The translations under genes were made by a program, and so were the position numbers. This document shows positions 38,860 to 48,989 of a stretch of DNA of 64,000 nt, in pieces; position 1 is the stretch's first letter; every line of letters begins with the position of its first letter. Location of the stretch: the IMG/VR virus record IMGVR_UViG_3300035698_028866, positions 16,527-80,526 of that record; one strand, written 5' to 3'. The notes below the pieces were generated by a model that had not been told where the DNA came from, made no database searches, and was given only the letters and a program-made list of their open reading frames with translations. The DNA comes from a virus.

Positions 38860-39162
38860 CTAAACTCCTGTCATAGGCTTACCACATTTGGGACACGTCA
38901 TCTCGGCACAAGGTGTTCCTCTCGTGTGAGGAGCTGTAGCACCACAAGAAGCACAGGTGCACGTATCTGTTCCTGCTATGCCTTGTGCAGGCCCGCCTAC
39001 GCCCAGGCCCTTTCCTGTGGCAACTGCAACTTTCTTATGCGCAAGAGAGGACATAAGCTCCTCAACAGCTAAATCATGAAGATAGTCCGCAGCCTTCTTC
39101 ATGAGAATAGACTTGGCTAATTTACGTACAGCTTCGGTAGCGTCAGCAGCTTCCTTAGTCAT
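38860..39162 (-). CDS. KxA-motif protein with C-terminal zinc-binding CxCxxC..H.RG.PC....CPKCG domain
   Basis: CTCASCG..PHTRGTPC...CPKCG. Confidence 0.7.
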   Translation of the reverse strand: MTKEAADATEAVRKLAKSILMKKAADYLHDLAVEELMSSLAHKKVAVATGKGLGVGGPAQGIAGTDTCTCASCGATAPHTRGTPCAEMTCPKCGKPMTGV

Positions 39163-39321
39163 TTTCCTGCCCTTTCATGGCTTGTGTTTTAGACTCTAAG
39201 GCGGGCCCAGCTTTACGTATCTGCACACAGTGTGACTTAAACTTCAAGTTAGCAAGAAGAACCAACCCCGCCATTATCGATATGACAATTAAATCAGAAA
39301 TCATGTTCTTAACCTGCTTTC

Positions 39322-39350
39322 ATTATAGTGTTTACGTGCTAAAGTATCAA
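39322..39350 (-). promoter_or_regulatory. Sigma70-type promoter TTGATA-N17-TATAAT
   Basis: Overlaps the RNAP stop codon. Confidence 0.7.
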
Positions 39351-42300
39351 GTCCCAAGAATTCTCACCGGCTGATCCACTCGTATCTTTCCCTGTCTATA
39401 AGACTTAAGAGCGGCATCACTTGTTGCAAAGCTTCGAGCTGGACCTTTCTTGCGCCCAGAAGCAAGATACACTCCCTGAAGGAATTCTGCAAGGGGAAGA
39501 TACATAACATTGAAGTCCTTCGGGTTAAAAAGGTTACGAGACGGAAGCATCTTATAGGAGTCTTTCACAGCTGCCTCTGACGCAGGCACATGAAACATCA
39601 TTGTATTTGACAGGATTAGCCCTTCAATGTTCATAAATGTCTCATAACCAGGCACAGTCAAGTCATAGCCAGTTTCTTGTTTTCCTGTCTCTTCGTATCC
39701 TACTACACGATCCCATAGGATGTCTTCGTTCTGCGTCATAGCTTTGAAGTTGTTCCAATAGGAGCCTTCAACCATAGAGTCCATTTCCTCTATGATCGCT
39801 AGCGCTATGTCCCTACGCATATGCCCTGCTGTTATTGCGCTCGACAGCCGGAAGTAAAGACTCTTCATGCCAGTACCTGCTAGGCTACGAAGATACCTAG
39901 CGAACGCATTACTCATCGGAATAACATCCTTGTCTGAGTATTTGCGCACAGTTCCTTTCTCCAAAGCCTCCTTGTTGCTCTTACAGCAAAGATCAGGATT
40001 AAGAGTCTTAAGACCAGATGTGTAGATGTTAAGACACCAAAAAGGAAGTCCCTTTGGAGTCTTAGTGGTTGTTACTCTTGATCCAACAGATAAGCTACGA
40101 AGCAGATTCTGTATCTCTCTAATGAGCTGTAATGACTTGCTCGTGTAGTTAGCCATAAGCTGTGGACTTTTTCTGATCTTCTCATTACACAGAGATACGG
40201 AACCGTCTGTGTCAATAAGCCCCTCTACGAGACCTAAGCGGAAATCTCTAGGTGTTAAGAGGTAGAACGAAGGCAGGTGTTTGTTTTCAGCTCCTTTACC
40301 TATAAGCCCTTCCAGGAAATCTGCAAACTCGCTGCTGCTTACGACGTATTTTTCACTCTTTCCATATGAAGTCTGCCCTGACACAATGTGACCAACATGG
40401 GGATCGTCCTTAAACACAGCAGCTAAAGACTCTTTGAACCGCTCCACAATACCTGGTTGCAGTGCAGAAAAACATACCGAGCCATTCAACTGGCCATTAT
40501 GATAGGTATTCCAACCGTCACCTATTAGGGCACCAAGCAAGTAACCAAACTGCCTGTCAAGAGCAACTGTCTCACGCAGCCTGTTGTTGTGGCCAGTAGG
40601 AATCTCTGTTATCGCTACTGGAAGCTCTGAAGCACCCTGAGCTCTTGGGACATACATTCCTACAGCTTCAGCCGGACGAAAGCGATTCATCTGATAATCA
40701 GCAGGGTCTAATCCGTATACAGCTCTTGGGTCGTCATCGCTGAATATCTGTCTTCCGGAGGCTAAGTTGATTAGAACTATCTCTTTGTCTTCATGCACAG
40801 ACCAATGGGAGACAGCGGCCAAAACAACCTTCTTGGCTTTCTCATCATAGGCTAAGACCTTTGTGCCATTAACAGCCTCGTACAGGGTAATGTGTTCCTT
40901 CTGTCCGACTGGTTTCTCCCGATGAGGAAAGTCCTTCAAATCACAGTAGAAGAAAGTATGTCCCTTTGCCCCAAACAGTCCTGTCTTAAATCGTGCTGCC
41001 ATCTTTGCGTCTCCAGAAAAAGGTTTAGTGTCTGAAGACGTATTAGAACCAATCTTGTTGGGCAAATCAAGGCCAATTTCGACAATACCATCATTTTTGG
41101 AAATAAATACACTAAGCTCGCTATTTTTGGTTTGTAGTAAGTCGTTATCAGCAGCGAAGATAACACTACCAATCTGTTTATCTCCGTCAAAATCTCCACC
41201 GATCGCTTTCGTAATAGCTGGTGGGATTTCCAAAGTCTCCCCTTTAGTAAGAAGAGGAAAGGCAGACATCATACCAAACTTGTGAAGTGTAGGTGCTCGG
41301 TTGATGATGACGGGGCGCTCCTTTATAACCCTCAAGAGTGCGCTTCGAGCCTGTTTAGATTTCTCCTCTACCTCTTTTGTCGCTGTGGTTGGAGCTATCC
41401 CTGTTCGAACCAGCTCGCGCAGAATAAACGGTCTATAGACTTTCCATGCGGTTCTCTCAGGGAGGCCCACCTGATCAATTGTTAAGTTGCTATTGGGAGT
41501 AATTACTGCTAAACCTGACGTATCGACGGAACGCCCAAGGATTCTCCCCTGAATAATAGAGAACTTGGGAGAGCTTCCGAAAATAGAATGAAGGATTCCT
41601 TTCAGCTGCTTGTCCTGGGACTCTTTGCTAATAGGATCTCCAAATCCCATGATAGCCTTCACCCCATCATAGATCTGAGACTTGGCTTTTTCCAGCTGAT
41701 CCTCGGGGACTTCTCCCTTACTATCATTGTATTCCTTGACCAGATCGAATAGGTCCTTGTAGAGGTAGTTAACATCGCTGATAACCGGAGTCCCTCTAAC
41801 CTGCGTAATAGGACGTGCTGCTGGAGGAAGGACAGGAACTTTGGATAGCATGAGCTCTTCAGGAGCTATATCATATTTATCGAGTACCTGAAGGAACTTG
41901 AGCTCCTGAGCAGCCTTGTTCTTTTTGCTCACAGGGAGAGAGTCTATTCCATGACGAAGTTCAGTAAGTCTCTTTTTAACGTTCAGGTTCTTGAGAGCTT
42001 TGTAGAGTGCTCCTGGTCCACTTTGTCCGCGGAGCTCTTCCTTTCCTATAAAGACATTCTTCACGTCCTTTATCTTAAGGCCAAGAAGAACCGCAATAGG
42101 TTTTTCTATCGAAGGATTGGGGACAGGCATAGGAAGATTTATATGCCCCCAACGATCCCCACTGGCTCCACCCAGAGTAGGAGACATAAAGCCTCCCTCT
42201 ACAGGCTTGAGGGTCTTCTGATCGAGCATGAGGGAGTTCACAATGGCTCCCGAAGAGACCGACTCAGTATCCTTGTCCGTCATTGGGAAGATATGAAGCT

Positions 42301-45300
42301 GGCCCCCTTTTCGCTGTACGTTTATCCCCGCACCCTTCAGCAGGTCAAAGAACTTCTGATGGACAAAAGGAATCCTGGGAAGTGAAGGCATGCGGCCCAT
42401 TTTGAAGGCGTTCCACCAGTCTTCGTTCTTCTGGCCTCTTACGAGATGAGCGTCAGCTAAGACATCAATCGCCCCATGAGAAATAAATGCAGCCAACGCC
42501 TGTGAGCCTATCTTCTTGGCTGAGTCCGTGCCGGCGCGAGAAGGCGCTTCTTCAGAAGTATACTCAGCAAGACTTCGACCCTTAGCTTTCGCTTCTCCCA
42601 TGTGATACAGCTTATACGCATAGGTCTGGCCCGTCCAAACATCCGGGATTACCTTCCCTGTCTCTGGGTCAGTAATGTTCTCTGTAGCCTTTATGCCACT
42701 CTTCTGTGCCTCTCCAAGAGCAAACTCCATGATGCTTCCGTCTAAAAACGCGGGGACCTTGTATGGATTTCCTCTCTTCTTCGCCACCTTACCCAGAAGC
42801 ATTGCCGCCGCCATAGAAGGATTGCCTCGAGTCTGAATGGAAAGGGGTGAGATCAAAAGCTCAAAAACCTTGCCTGAGGCATCCCTAGGCATCTTCTCAT
42901 CCGGGATGACATCAGCAATGATAGAGTTACCAGACCAAAGAGTTCGTCCGTTCCGTCTAGTTAACAAGAGACCTCCACCTATGTCAACACAGTAAACCTT
43001 ACCAGAATAAAGTTTTTTGTAGTATCGAAGCTTTTTCCTCGTTTCTATGTGTGTCTTACTCAAACTAAAATCTAAACGATAGATAGAGTATCCGGCACAA
43101 CGTCCAGTTTTGGCTGTCTCCATGCTCAGAGAACAGTAAATTCCAAGAGACGCTGAAAGCTGCTGGAAATCGTCAGCCAGTTGTTTGGATACCGTGTCGT
43201 ATCTTCCACCTTTATCTGAATACCAATATCCATCACCTTTGATCATGGTCTCCCAAAGAATTCTACGAATACTAATGGATGTATTAAAAATCTCCTTTGG
43301 GATATGCTTGTCATATGCGCCCTTTAGATCCTGTAGGGCAAAGAATAACTGCTTAGAGTGTATTGCATACTTTATCTCGTCACGATTGTGCTGAGAATAT
43401 GTGTTATATCTCCAAGGGAGCTTTTTAAGCAACGCCTCAATCTCCCTACAATTCTGAGGATTAACTCTTGGAGTTTGACTAATTACTATCGTATATCCCC
43501 GACTATCTGAAATATTACCTTCAGTTATGACCCAGCCTAAAAATTCAGCCCAAAGCTCCATAGAAATTGCCTGAACACTGTCTCCGTTTTGACGTTCTGA
43601 TTGGCGTCCTGGAGGCATAGGAATTTCCTTGTGTGTTAGAGGAGACTCCGACTCATAACCCCAACCCGCGACACTGTAGTCATAGCCAAGCTTTTCGTGG
43701 CATTCTTCCGCAGGAATGAACTCGTAATTGTCTCTACCACAACGTTGAGCATGCATTCTGTGGTTAGGAGTTACGAGATAATCCAGACAGCCCCCACGGT
43801 AACCATACATTTCGCCCTCATAGTCATAGCTAAGATGCTCTTTTGGAGTGACAAATACCATCTTGTCATCTACGACGGTCGCAACCCTGGAATCCTCATG
43901 CATATCCTTAAAAAGCTTCCAGCCACATTCAGTCAATATTTCAGTCTGGTCGTCGTGGCATTTGTGACCAAATCTTAAAGCCAGCTTATCAGCTTCTTCT
44001 GCAGGAGCCTTAGCCTTCACAAAAACTCTCCACCCACTCGGAGAAACCTGAGCATCAGTTACTACGCCCGGCCAGGCATGCTTCCATGTCACAGAAGAAT
44101 CAGAGAATTGCCCCAAACCCTTACGCAGCTGATAGTAGAACGGTTTCTTCTCCCTCTCAGAAATAGAGAGTATCAACGGATCTCCCTCACTTACCTCAGT
44201 CCCGGGAAGGATCAAACCTTTATCTCCAATCCTGTCGAACTGCTTTCTGTTGTAATGGCTAGGGAAAGTGCTGAGGAACTTCTTCTTACCAACGAACACT
44301 CCCGGGTCTTTTGGAAGGTCATGGGAAAACAGGTGGATCGACGTCATCTTCTTAGCAGCACTCTCGCTTATTGCTGCAGCATCCTCGTATGTCTTGCTAT
44401 AGGGAAGAAGCGCAACCTTAAGGTTCACACCCAGAGCGAGAGTTCCCTTATCCGAGGTAAAATTGGATGAAGCTACAAGGTCTCCTTCTCGAACCACATC
44501 TCCAACGGCAACTCGAGCAGTCTGGTCTAGGCTAGTCTTGAGGTTGAAGGGATGATCCTTGTAGAGTTCTATCGTGTGATTTTTACCGTTGGCATCCTTG
44601 AGTATTATCTCTTCGTCGGAAACTTTGGCAATACGTCCCGAAACAGGTGCAGATATAGCCCCTGCTCGAGTTCCAAGAAACTCCTCATAGCTCCTCTTGG
44701 TTCCCGGCATAAGAGACTGAACGAGAGGAGCTTCGCGATATTCCAGAGGGAGTGCCTGCTGTGCCATCTTCGACGCCATCAAGAGCCTTCCCTGATTGAT
44801 ACCAGAAATCATAGGTGTAAGCTCACTGGCAAGCGAGAACATCTGATTTTTATCAGGAAGGTAATAGTCTACAGATTTCCCAGAAACATATGCCTGTTCG
44901 AAACCGTGGACGATAGCACTTTGAAGAGGCTTGTTTTCGTTGCCGGGGAAACCAATGATAACATTCTGAAGGTCCATATTACTAAGATACTCTTTTTTCC
45001 CTGTTTTGGCATTGATCATGGGCGCGAAGATCTCTCCCCTGTCATTCGTTTTCACGTTGTTAGCTGCGCGCATGTCAACACCCACGGTTGTGCTTTCACT
45101 CGTGCGGGACGGATCTATAAAACCCAAATAGCTAGGCTGGACAAACCTGGCTTCTTCTGGGATGCCCTGCTTCGAAGCTATGCCACCCTCTCCCATTCTA
45201 GTTAGCCTGAAAAGCTGATCCGTTATCTCTATGGGATTGATTTCAGAGAGAGGCTGAGCAAGACCACTTTTGAACAGGAAGGACGCAATGAGTGGATCAA

Positions 45301-47599
45301 ACATACCCCCAGGAACCCTATCCAGTTTACGGCGATTTGTAGCCTTCCACAGAAGCTTCCTAGCATTACCACCCCTGTCTTTTGCAAGAGCGTATCTGAG
45401 CAGGGAAGGCGGGGTATAGATCTTCTGAGCGTAAAGAGCATCCCTGGGGCTATAACGAGCCTCGCCGCGCCCTAACTGGAGAAGGCGTGAGGACGCGGCA
45501 AGAAGAAGATTAGGAGTCACATTGCTTTCAGCCTTTCCCAGTGTTCGAAAGGTTATGTCCGGGTCAATATGATGTAAGGAGAAATACGACGTCAGCTTCT
45601 CCTGTGCATCTGCTGTATCAGTAGATCCAAAAAGACGATTCATCACACGAGAGAGAGCCCTTGGGTCGGATTTTTCCTTGTTGGTCTTATAGAGCTCATC
45701 CCCCCATGCGGTTTTCAGTTCATCATCTGAGATACCCAATGTCTGAAGTATAGGGAAAAGCTTCTGGTGCGCCTGTCCTATTCCAAGACGGAAAACACCT
45801 TCTTCTGGAGAGAAAAAGACTCTAAAGCCCCTTCCACCTTCTACGTTGAATGATGCTTCGATATCCCCTGACTTTGCTCTACGTGTGTAAACACCAGGAC
45901 GGAGCCTCATCTGATTACAGTTTGATACTAGTATACCGTTGGCAACATAATTATGATTATCCTCTATGCGAATATTGTATACAATCTTGCTAGCCTCCCA
46001 AGTTTTACCCTCTTTCCACTTAAATGAGGTAGGTATTTCTTCTAACTCGTTGTGCATCTCAGTATCTACCCTAAGAGCTTCAACCTTGGAACCAGCTACC
46101 TTGAGCGTATTTTCCCATGTTTCTACTCCTACTGCCTCTTCAGGAACAGTTTCTGACCTGAGAAGTGTTCGCACAGCTCCAGAAGACCCAAACCTGTATC
46201 TAGCAGTTTTAGATATGCACGCTTGGCTAGACTCACGTTTAAGTAGACAAAAATTACATATCTCCCTATGTTTTGAAATTTCTTGGCCGCATTTACACAC
46301 GCCAGTATTGGGCCTATTAAGAAGTTTATAGTGAAGACATTTTGGAAGATAGGGAGCTACTATTCTAAGCAGTTTTTGAGTAGCCTTTGCATGTAGAATA
46401 AGCACTAACCCTGTTCTACTTTTAGCTATATGAGAAGTCAGCCCCCATCTTTTTTCTATCCACCCTTTTAAAAGTTCTATGCCTTCTTTTGAGAAACCTT
46501 GCGTACAGAATATGGCCTCTGGCGTGTTATAGGGAGTTTGACGTCTACAAGATCCATCATCTCCAAACCAGAAAGCTAGACCCCTTTCGTCTATCTTATC
46601 CAACCACTCCTTACTTATAGTCTTTATTGAATTAGGATAGCATAATTGACTGGCTCTTATAATCTCACTGTGTTGTCTTAGTCTAAAATAAAAACTGACC
46701 TTAGAATTAATCACATGGCCTAAGCTTTCAGAATAACGACTACTCGCCGGCACGCGCTTAAAGCTCTGCATTAAGGGACTCAATATGTCCCGCTTTAACT
46801 GTAAATATTCTTTTTGCTTTATTGAATGACTGCAAGCCCACAAACCCGTGGACTGATCTATAGTTGCGTCCCCAAGTAAAGAACCATAAATGACCTGCTT
46901 TTGGGTCTCGGACAACTGTTTGCGAACTGCTGTCACGGTGGTGGCATGCTGTAAGTCTTTTTTTTCGCCAGTGGGGCTTACAACTTGATGAGTTCTAGTT
47001 CCCCAAAGAGTGCTGGGTTGACTAGTGCTTCCAGGCAAAAAAGCACCATTATTCTTAAATTTTGTATGCCCTATACCTTCCGGGGAATAATTTTTATACC
47101 AGCCTGTAATATGTTTAAGCTCAAAACACTCCTTCTTAAAATTGTAGGTCCATACTCGAATTTTTTTCTTTTCCTTAACAATCTTTCCTATAGAAATCAT
47201 ACCCTTCTCGGTCCATATCTGTGTGGACGTATGAAGACAGATGGTGTAATCATTCCCGGAGTAGATCAATGTCCCTCTATCGGTAAGATAAGGGACATGG
47301 GCCAGAATAGAGGTCTTTCGGTCTATGACGTCTTCTGTGGCAGCATCCCGGAGAACAAGATCACCATGCAGGGGATAGAAGAGTGTCTGCCCCTTTGTTA
47401 TGGCTTTGTACTCGTCCCTCTTACCGTATTTCCGCGGCTTGTATTTCAAGTTTTCCGCACTGAGAGTATACTGTGCGTTGGAGAGCGGAAAGATTTCTCC
47501 TATACCCTCGGCTACCTGAGAGAAAAGACGATCGCGCATTGCCGGAATGTCATCCAGGTTACGGAGCCCCTCTGTTCCGATGTTAAGCGTGTCAGCCAC
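39347..47599 (-). CDS. rpoBC: Phage multi-subunit RNA polymerase, fused beta plus beta' N-terminal part, with three inteins
   Basis: NQMRLRPGVY, GFIDPSRTSE, RLLMASKMAQQALPL, YEDAAAISES, DKLALRFGHK|SII, YKLYHM, WGHINLP, PVLPP, NRAPTLHK, GGDFDGD|TMMFHVP; about 1440 aa after removing the inteins. Confidence 0.93.
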   Translation of the reverse strand: MADTLNIGTEGLRNLDDIPAMRDRLFSQVAEGIGEIFPLSNAQYTLSAENLKYKPRKYGKRDEYKAITKGQTLFYPLHGDLVLRDAATEDVIDRKTSILAHVPYLTDRGTLIYSGNDYTICLHTSTQIWTEKGMISIGKIVKEKKKIRVWTYNFKKECFELKHITGWYKNYSPEGIGHTKFKNNGAFLPGSTSQPSTLWGTRTHQVVSPTGEKKDLQHATTVTAVRKQLSETQKQVIYGSLLGDATIDQSTGLWACSHSIKQKEYLQLKRDILSPLMQSFKRVPASSRYSESLGHVINSKVSFYFRLRQHSEIIRASQLCYPNSIKTISKEWLDKIDERGLAFWFGDDGSCRRQTPYNTPEAIFCTQGFSKEGIELLKGWIEKRWGLTSHIAKSRTGLVLILHAKATQKLLRIVAPYLPKCLHYKLLNRPNTGVCKCGQEISKHREICNFCLLKRESSQACISKTARYRFGSSGAVRTLLRSETVPEEAVGVETWENTLKVAGSKVEALRVDTEMHNELEEIPTSFKWKEGKTWEASKIVYNIRIEDNHNYVANGILVSNCNQMRLRPGVYTRRAKSGDIEASFNVEGGRGFRVFFSPEEGVFRLGIGQAHQKLFPILQTLGISDDELKTAWGDELYKTNKEKSDPRALSRVMNRLFGSTDTADAQEKLTSYFSLHHIDPDITFRTLGKAESNVTPNLLLAASSRLLQLGRGEARYSPRDALYAQKIYTPPSLLRYALAKDRGGNARKLLWKATNRRKLDRVPGGMFDPLIASFLFKSGLAQPLSEINPIEITDQLFRLTRMGEGGIASKQGIPEEARFVQPSYLGFIDPSRTSESTTVGVDMRAANNVKTNDRGEIFAPMINAKTGKKEYLSNMDLQNVIIGFPGNENKPLQSAIVHGFEQAYVSGKSVDYYLPDKNQMFSLASELTPMISGINQGRLLMASKMAQQALPLEYREAPLVQSLMPGTKRSYEEFLGTRAGAISAPVSGRIAKVSDEEIILKDANGKNHTIELYKDHPFNLKTSLDQTARVAVGDVVREGDLVASSNFTSDKGTLALGVNLKVALLPYSKTYEDAAAISESAAKKMTSIHLFSHDLPKDPGVFVGKKKFLSTFPSHYNRKQFDRIGDKGLILPGTEVSEGDPLILSISEREKKPFYYQLRKGLGQFSDSSVTWKHAWPGVVTDAQVSPSGWRVFVKAKAPAEEADKLALRFGHKCHDDQTEILTECGWKLFKDMHEDSRVATVVDDKMVFVTPKEHLSYDYEGEMYGYRGGCLDYLVTPNHRMHAQRCGRDNYEFIPAEECHEKLGYDYSVAGWGYESESPLTHKEIPMPPGRQSERQNGDSVQAISMELWAEFLGWVITEGNISDSRGYTIVISQTPRVNPQNCREIEALLKKLPWRYNTYSQHNRDEIKYAIHSKQLFFALQDLKGAYDKHIPKEIFNTSISIRRILWETMIKGDGYWYSDKGGRYDTVSKQLADDFQQLSASLGIYCSLSMETAKTGRCAGYSIYRLDFSLSKTHIETRKKLRYYKKLYSGKVYCVDIGGGLLLTRRNGRTLWSGNSIIADVIPDEKMPRDASGKVFELLISPLSIQTRGNPSMAAAMLLGKVAKKRGNPYKVPAFLDGSIMEFALGEAQKSGIKATENITDPETGKVIPDVWTGQTYAYKLYHMGEAKAKGRSLAEYTSEEAPSRAGTDSAKKIGSQALAAFISHGAIDVLADAHLVRGQKNEDWWNAFKMGRMPSLPRIPFVHQKFFDLLKGAGINVQRKGGQLHIFPMTDKDTESVSSGAIVNSLMLDQKTLKPVEGGFMSPTLGGASGDRWGHINLPMPVPNPSIEKPIAVLLGLKIKDVKNVFIGKEELRGQSGPGALYKALKNLNVKKRLTELRHGIDSLPVSKKNKAAQELKFLQVLDKYDIAPEELMLSKVPVLPPAARPITQVRGTPVISDVNYLYKDLFDLVKEYNDSKGEVPEDQLEKAKSQIYDGVKAIMGFGDPISKESQDKQLKGILHSIFGSSPKFSIIQGRILGRSVDTSGLAVITPNSNLTIDQVGLPERTAWKVYRPFILRELVRTGIAPTTATKEVEEKSKQARSALLRVIKERPVIINRAPTLHKFGMMSAFPLLTKGETLEIPPAITKAIGGDFDGDKQIGSVIFAADNDLLQTKNSELSVFISKNDGIVEIGLDLPNKIGSNTSSDTKPFSGDAKMAARFKTGLFGAKGHTFFYCDLKDFPHREKPVGQKEHITLYEAVNGTKVLAYDEKAKKVVLAAVSHWSVHEDKEIVLINLASGRQIFSDDDPRAVYGLDPADYQMNRFRPAEAVGMYVPRAQGASELPVAITEIPTGHNNRLRETVALDRQFGYLLGALIGDGWNTYHNGQLNGSVCFSALQPGIVERFKESLAAVFKDDPHVGHIVSGQTSYGKSEKYVVSSSEFADFLEGLIGKGAENKHLPSFYLLTPRDFRLGLVEGLIDTDGSVSLCNEKIRKSPQLMANYTSKSLQLIREIQNLLRSLSVGSRVTTTKTPKGLPFWCLNIYTSGLKTLNPDLCCKSNKEALEKGTVRKYSDKDVIPMSNAFARYLRSLAGTGMKSLYFRLSSAITAGHMRRDIALAIIEEMDSMVEGSYWNNFKAMTQNEDILWDRVVGYEETGKQETGYDLTVPGYETFMNIEGLILSNTMMFHVPASEAAVKDSYKMLPSRNLFNPKDFNVMYLPLAEFLQGVYLASGRKKGPARSFATSDAALKSYRQGKIRVDQPVRILGT
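39605..41179 (-). mobile_element. Atypical intein with LAGLIDADG endonuclease, immediately after the catalytic DFDGD (525 aa)
   Basis: Ends GYDLTV..GLILSN|T; LLGALIGDG and VEGLIDTDG motifs; begins with Lys-Gln, not Cys/Ser. Confidence 0.8.
42926..43960 (-). mobile_element. Intein with LAGLIDADG endonuclease (345 aa)
   Basis: CHDDQT...VTPNH...LGWVITEG, MIKGDG...VYCV..WSGN|S. Confidence 0.9.
45920..47239 (-). mobile_element. Intein with LAGLIDADG endonuclease (440 aa)
   Basis: CLHTST...GTRTH...GSLLGDA, WFGDDG...HNYVANGILVSN|C. Confidence 0.9.
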
Positions 47600-48375
47600 T
47601 AGTCGTTCTCCTCTGTGACGTCTTTCGTTCCAGACGGATACAAAAATTCCAACTGAGCATGAGGAGGCTCATCCAGCTGAAGCCGCTTCATAAGCTCACT
47701 CTTAGCCTTGGAGTAAAGGACACGATTATCGTCAGACTTGTCGAAGTACTTCTTGAAATACATGTAAGTTATCGGAGATACCAGAGCCAGATAGGCAAGA
47801 TACATACCAAGCCCCTTTCTGAGAAAAGAACGCTTCTGCATAGCCTGTTTGAAGAACTCCGGATCACAAGACGCAACCTTAGCAGCTGCCCTGTATGGAG
47901 CAAAGGGATTTGCGTCTTTCATACCGTGTGCAACTGAATATTCCTCAGCAAGAGCGTCACGAAAACGCTTTCTGGCCTTAGACACCTGATAGTTAAGTTT
48001 TGCATTTACGGCTCTGTCCCCCAATCTTCCTCCAAGAGTATACCCACCGGCTGCGGTCGCAAGAAGAGCTAGAACAGTAAGAGGCAAAGCTACAACAGGA
48101 TTACTTTCCCTTTCTGACTCCCTTTCTGGCTCGGCCGCGAATTTGAGCCCGGAAGACTCCTCTTTCTTCTCTACCTTCTCTGTGACAGGGATAATAATAT
48201 CCGCATCCAGATCTGACTTCCCAGGCTCGAAGAAATTTCTCCATGCTCCGCTTATCCCTGCCCCACCAAGACCCAACAAAGAGCCTGCAAGTGCAGCATG
48301 GAGCATCTTTTGGAGCAGAACACCCATTTCATCGTCCTCCGGAGCACCAGCCGTCTTCGTCAATTGTTTATCCAT
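47599..48375 (-). CDS. Membrane-segment protein with KxA motifs (structural module)
   Basis: KTAG, KFAA, KVAS; three hydrophobic segments. Confidence 0.7.
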   Translation of the reverse strand: MDKQLTKTAGAPEDDEMGVLLQKMLHAALAGSLLGLGGAGISGAWRNFFEPGKSDLDADIIIPVTEKVEKKEESSGLKFAAEPERESERESNPVVALPLTVLALLATAAGGYTLGGRLGDRAVNAKLNYQVSKARKRFRDALAEEYSVAHGMKDANPFAPYRAAAKVASCDPEFFKQAMQKRSFLRKGLGMYLAYLALVSPITYMYFKKYFDKSDDNRVLYSKAKSELMKRLQLDEPPHAQLEFLYPSGTKDVTEEND

Positions 48376-48393
48376 CTTTAGTGTTTCCTATGC

Positions 48394-48732
48394 CTACAGG
48401 TTCAAAATTCTTTGTTTTGCTTCACCAGGCTCTTCGAAGTAAAGGTCACCCCATACCACAAAGACCTTGTAGTTCTTCGTATCCTTGTCAAAATCACTCT
48501 TCTGCATCGTTACCCTTGCTCTCTGATTTGCAGCCTTGTTCAACACATTCTCATACTCGTCTATGTCTTCTTGAACGTCCATGTTGAAAACCCGAGCATG
48601 CATCTCTGCCGTAAGCATAGGTTTTTCTTCAGGATCATTTATCTTATCACTAAAAAGCGTAGGTGTCCCTCTAAACGGTATTTTTTTGTTAGCCGTCCCA
48701 AAGGCAAGTTCTTTTATAGCTTTGTTGCTCAA
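48394..48732 (-). CDS. Hypothetical protein
   Basis: 112-aa ORF. Confidence 0.7.
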   Translation of the reverse strand: MSNKAIKELAFGTANKKIPFRGTPTLFSDKINDPEEKPMLTAEMHARVFNMDVQEDIDEYENVLNKAANQRARVTMQKSDFDKDTKNYKVFVVWGDLYFEEPGEAKQRILNL

Positions 48733-48986
48733 TCTCGTTTCCCTCTAAGTTGTCGTGTTCTTTGCTCTGCCTGATTTGTATATCGATTAAGCAGAGTCAA
48801 AATATGTCTAAGACGCAGTCTCTCAAAGTCTCCCTTCGACGGAGAAGAAAGCTTAGACTGCAGAAAGCCTCCAGTTAGCCCTATACCAAGTGGAGCCCCC
48901 AACATAAGTAAGGGCATCACATCATTCAAAGCAGAAAAGTCTAGTGCTTGCTTTCTCATGCTTAGGTCGAATCTCGTAGTTTGCAT
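48729..48986 (-). CDS. Small glycine-zipper protein with KQA motif
   Basis: RKQAL; GAPLGIGLTGG. Confidence 0.65.
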   Translation of the reverse strand: MQTTRFDLSMRKQALDFSALNDVMPLLMLGAPLGIGLTGGFLQSKLSSPSKGDFERLRLRHILTLLNRYTNQAEQRTRQLRGKRD

Positions 48987-48989
48987 CTG

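Noticed and set aside
39347-47599. Host chromosomal rpoBC (bacterial contig)
   Set aside because: Highly divergent, split from beta'-C, no ribosomal protein neighbours, and surrounded by phage-type small ORFs
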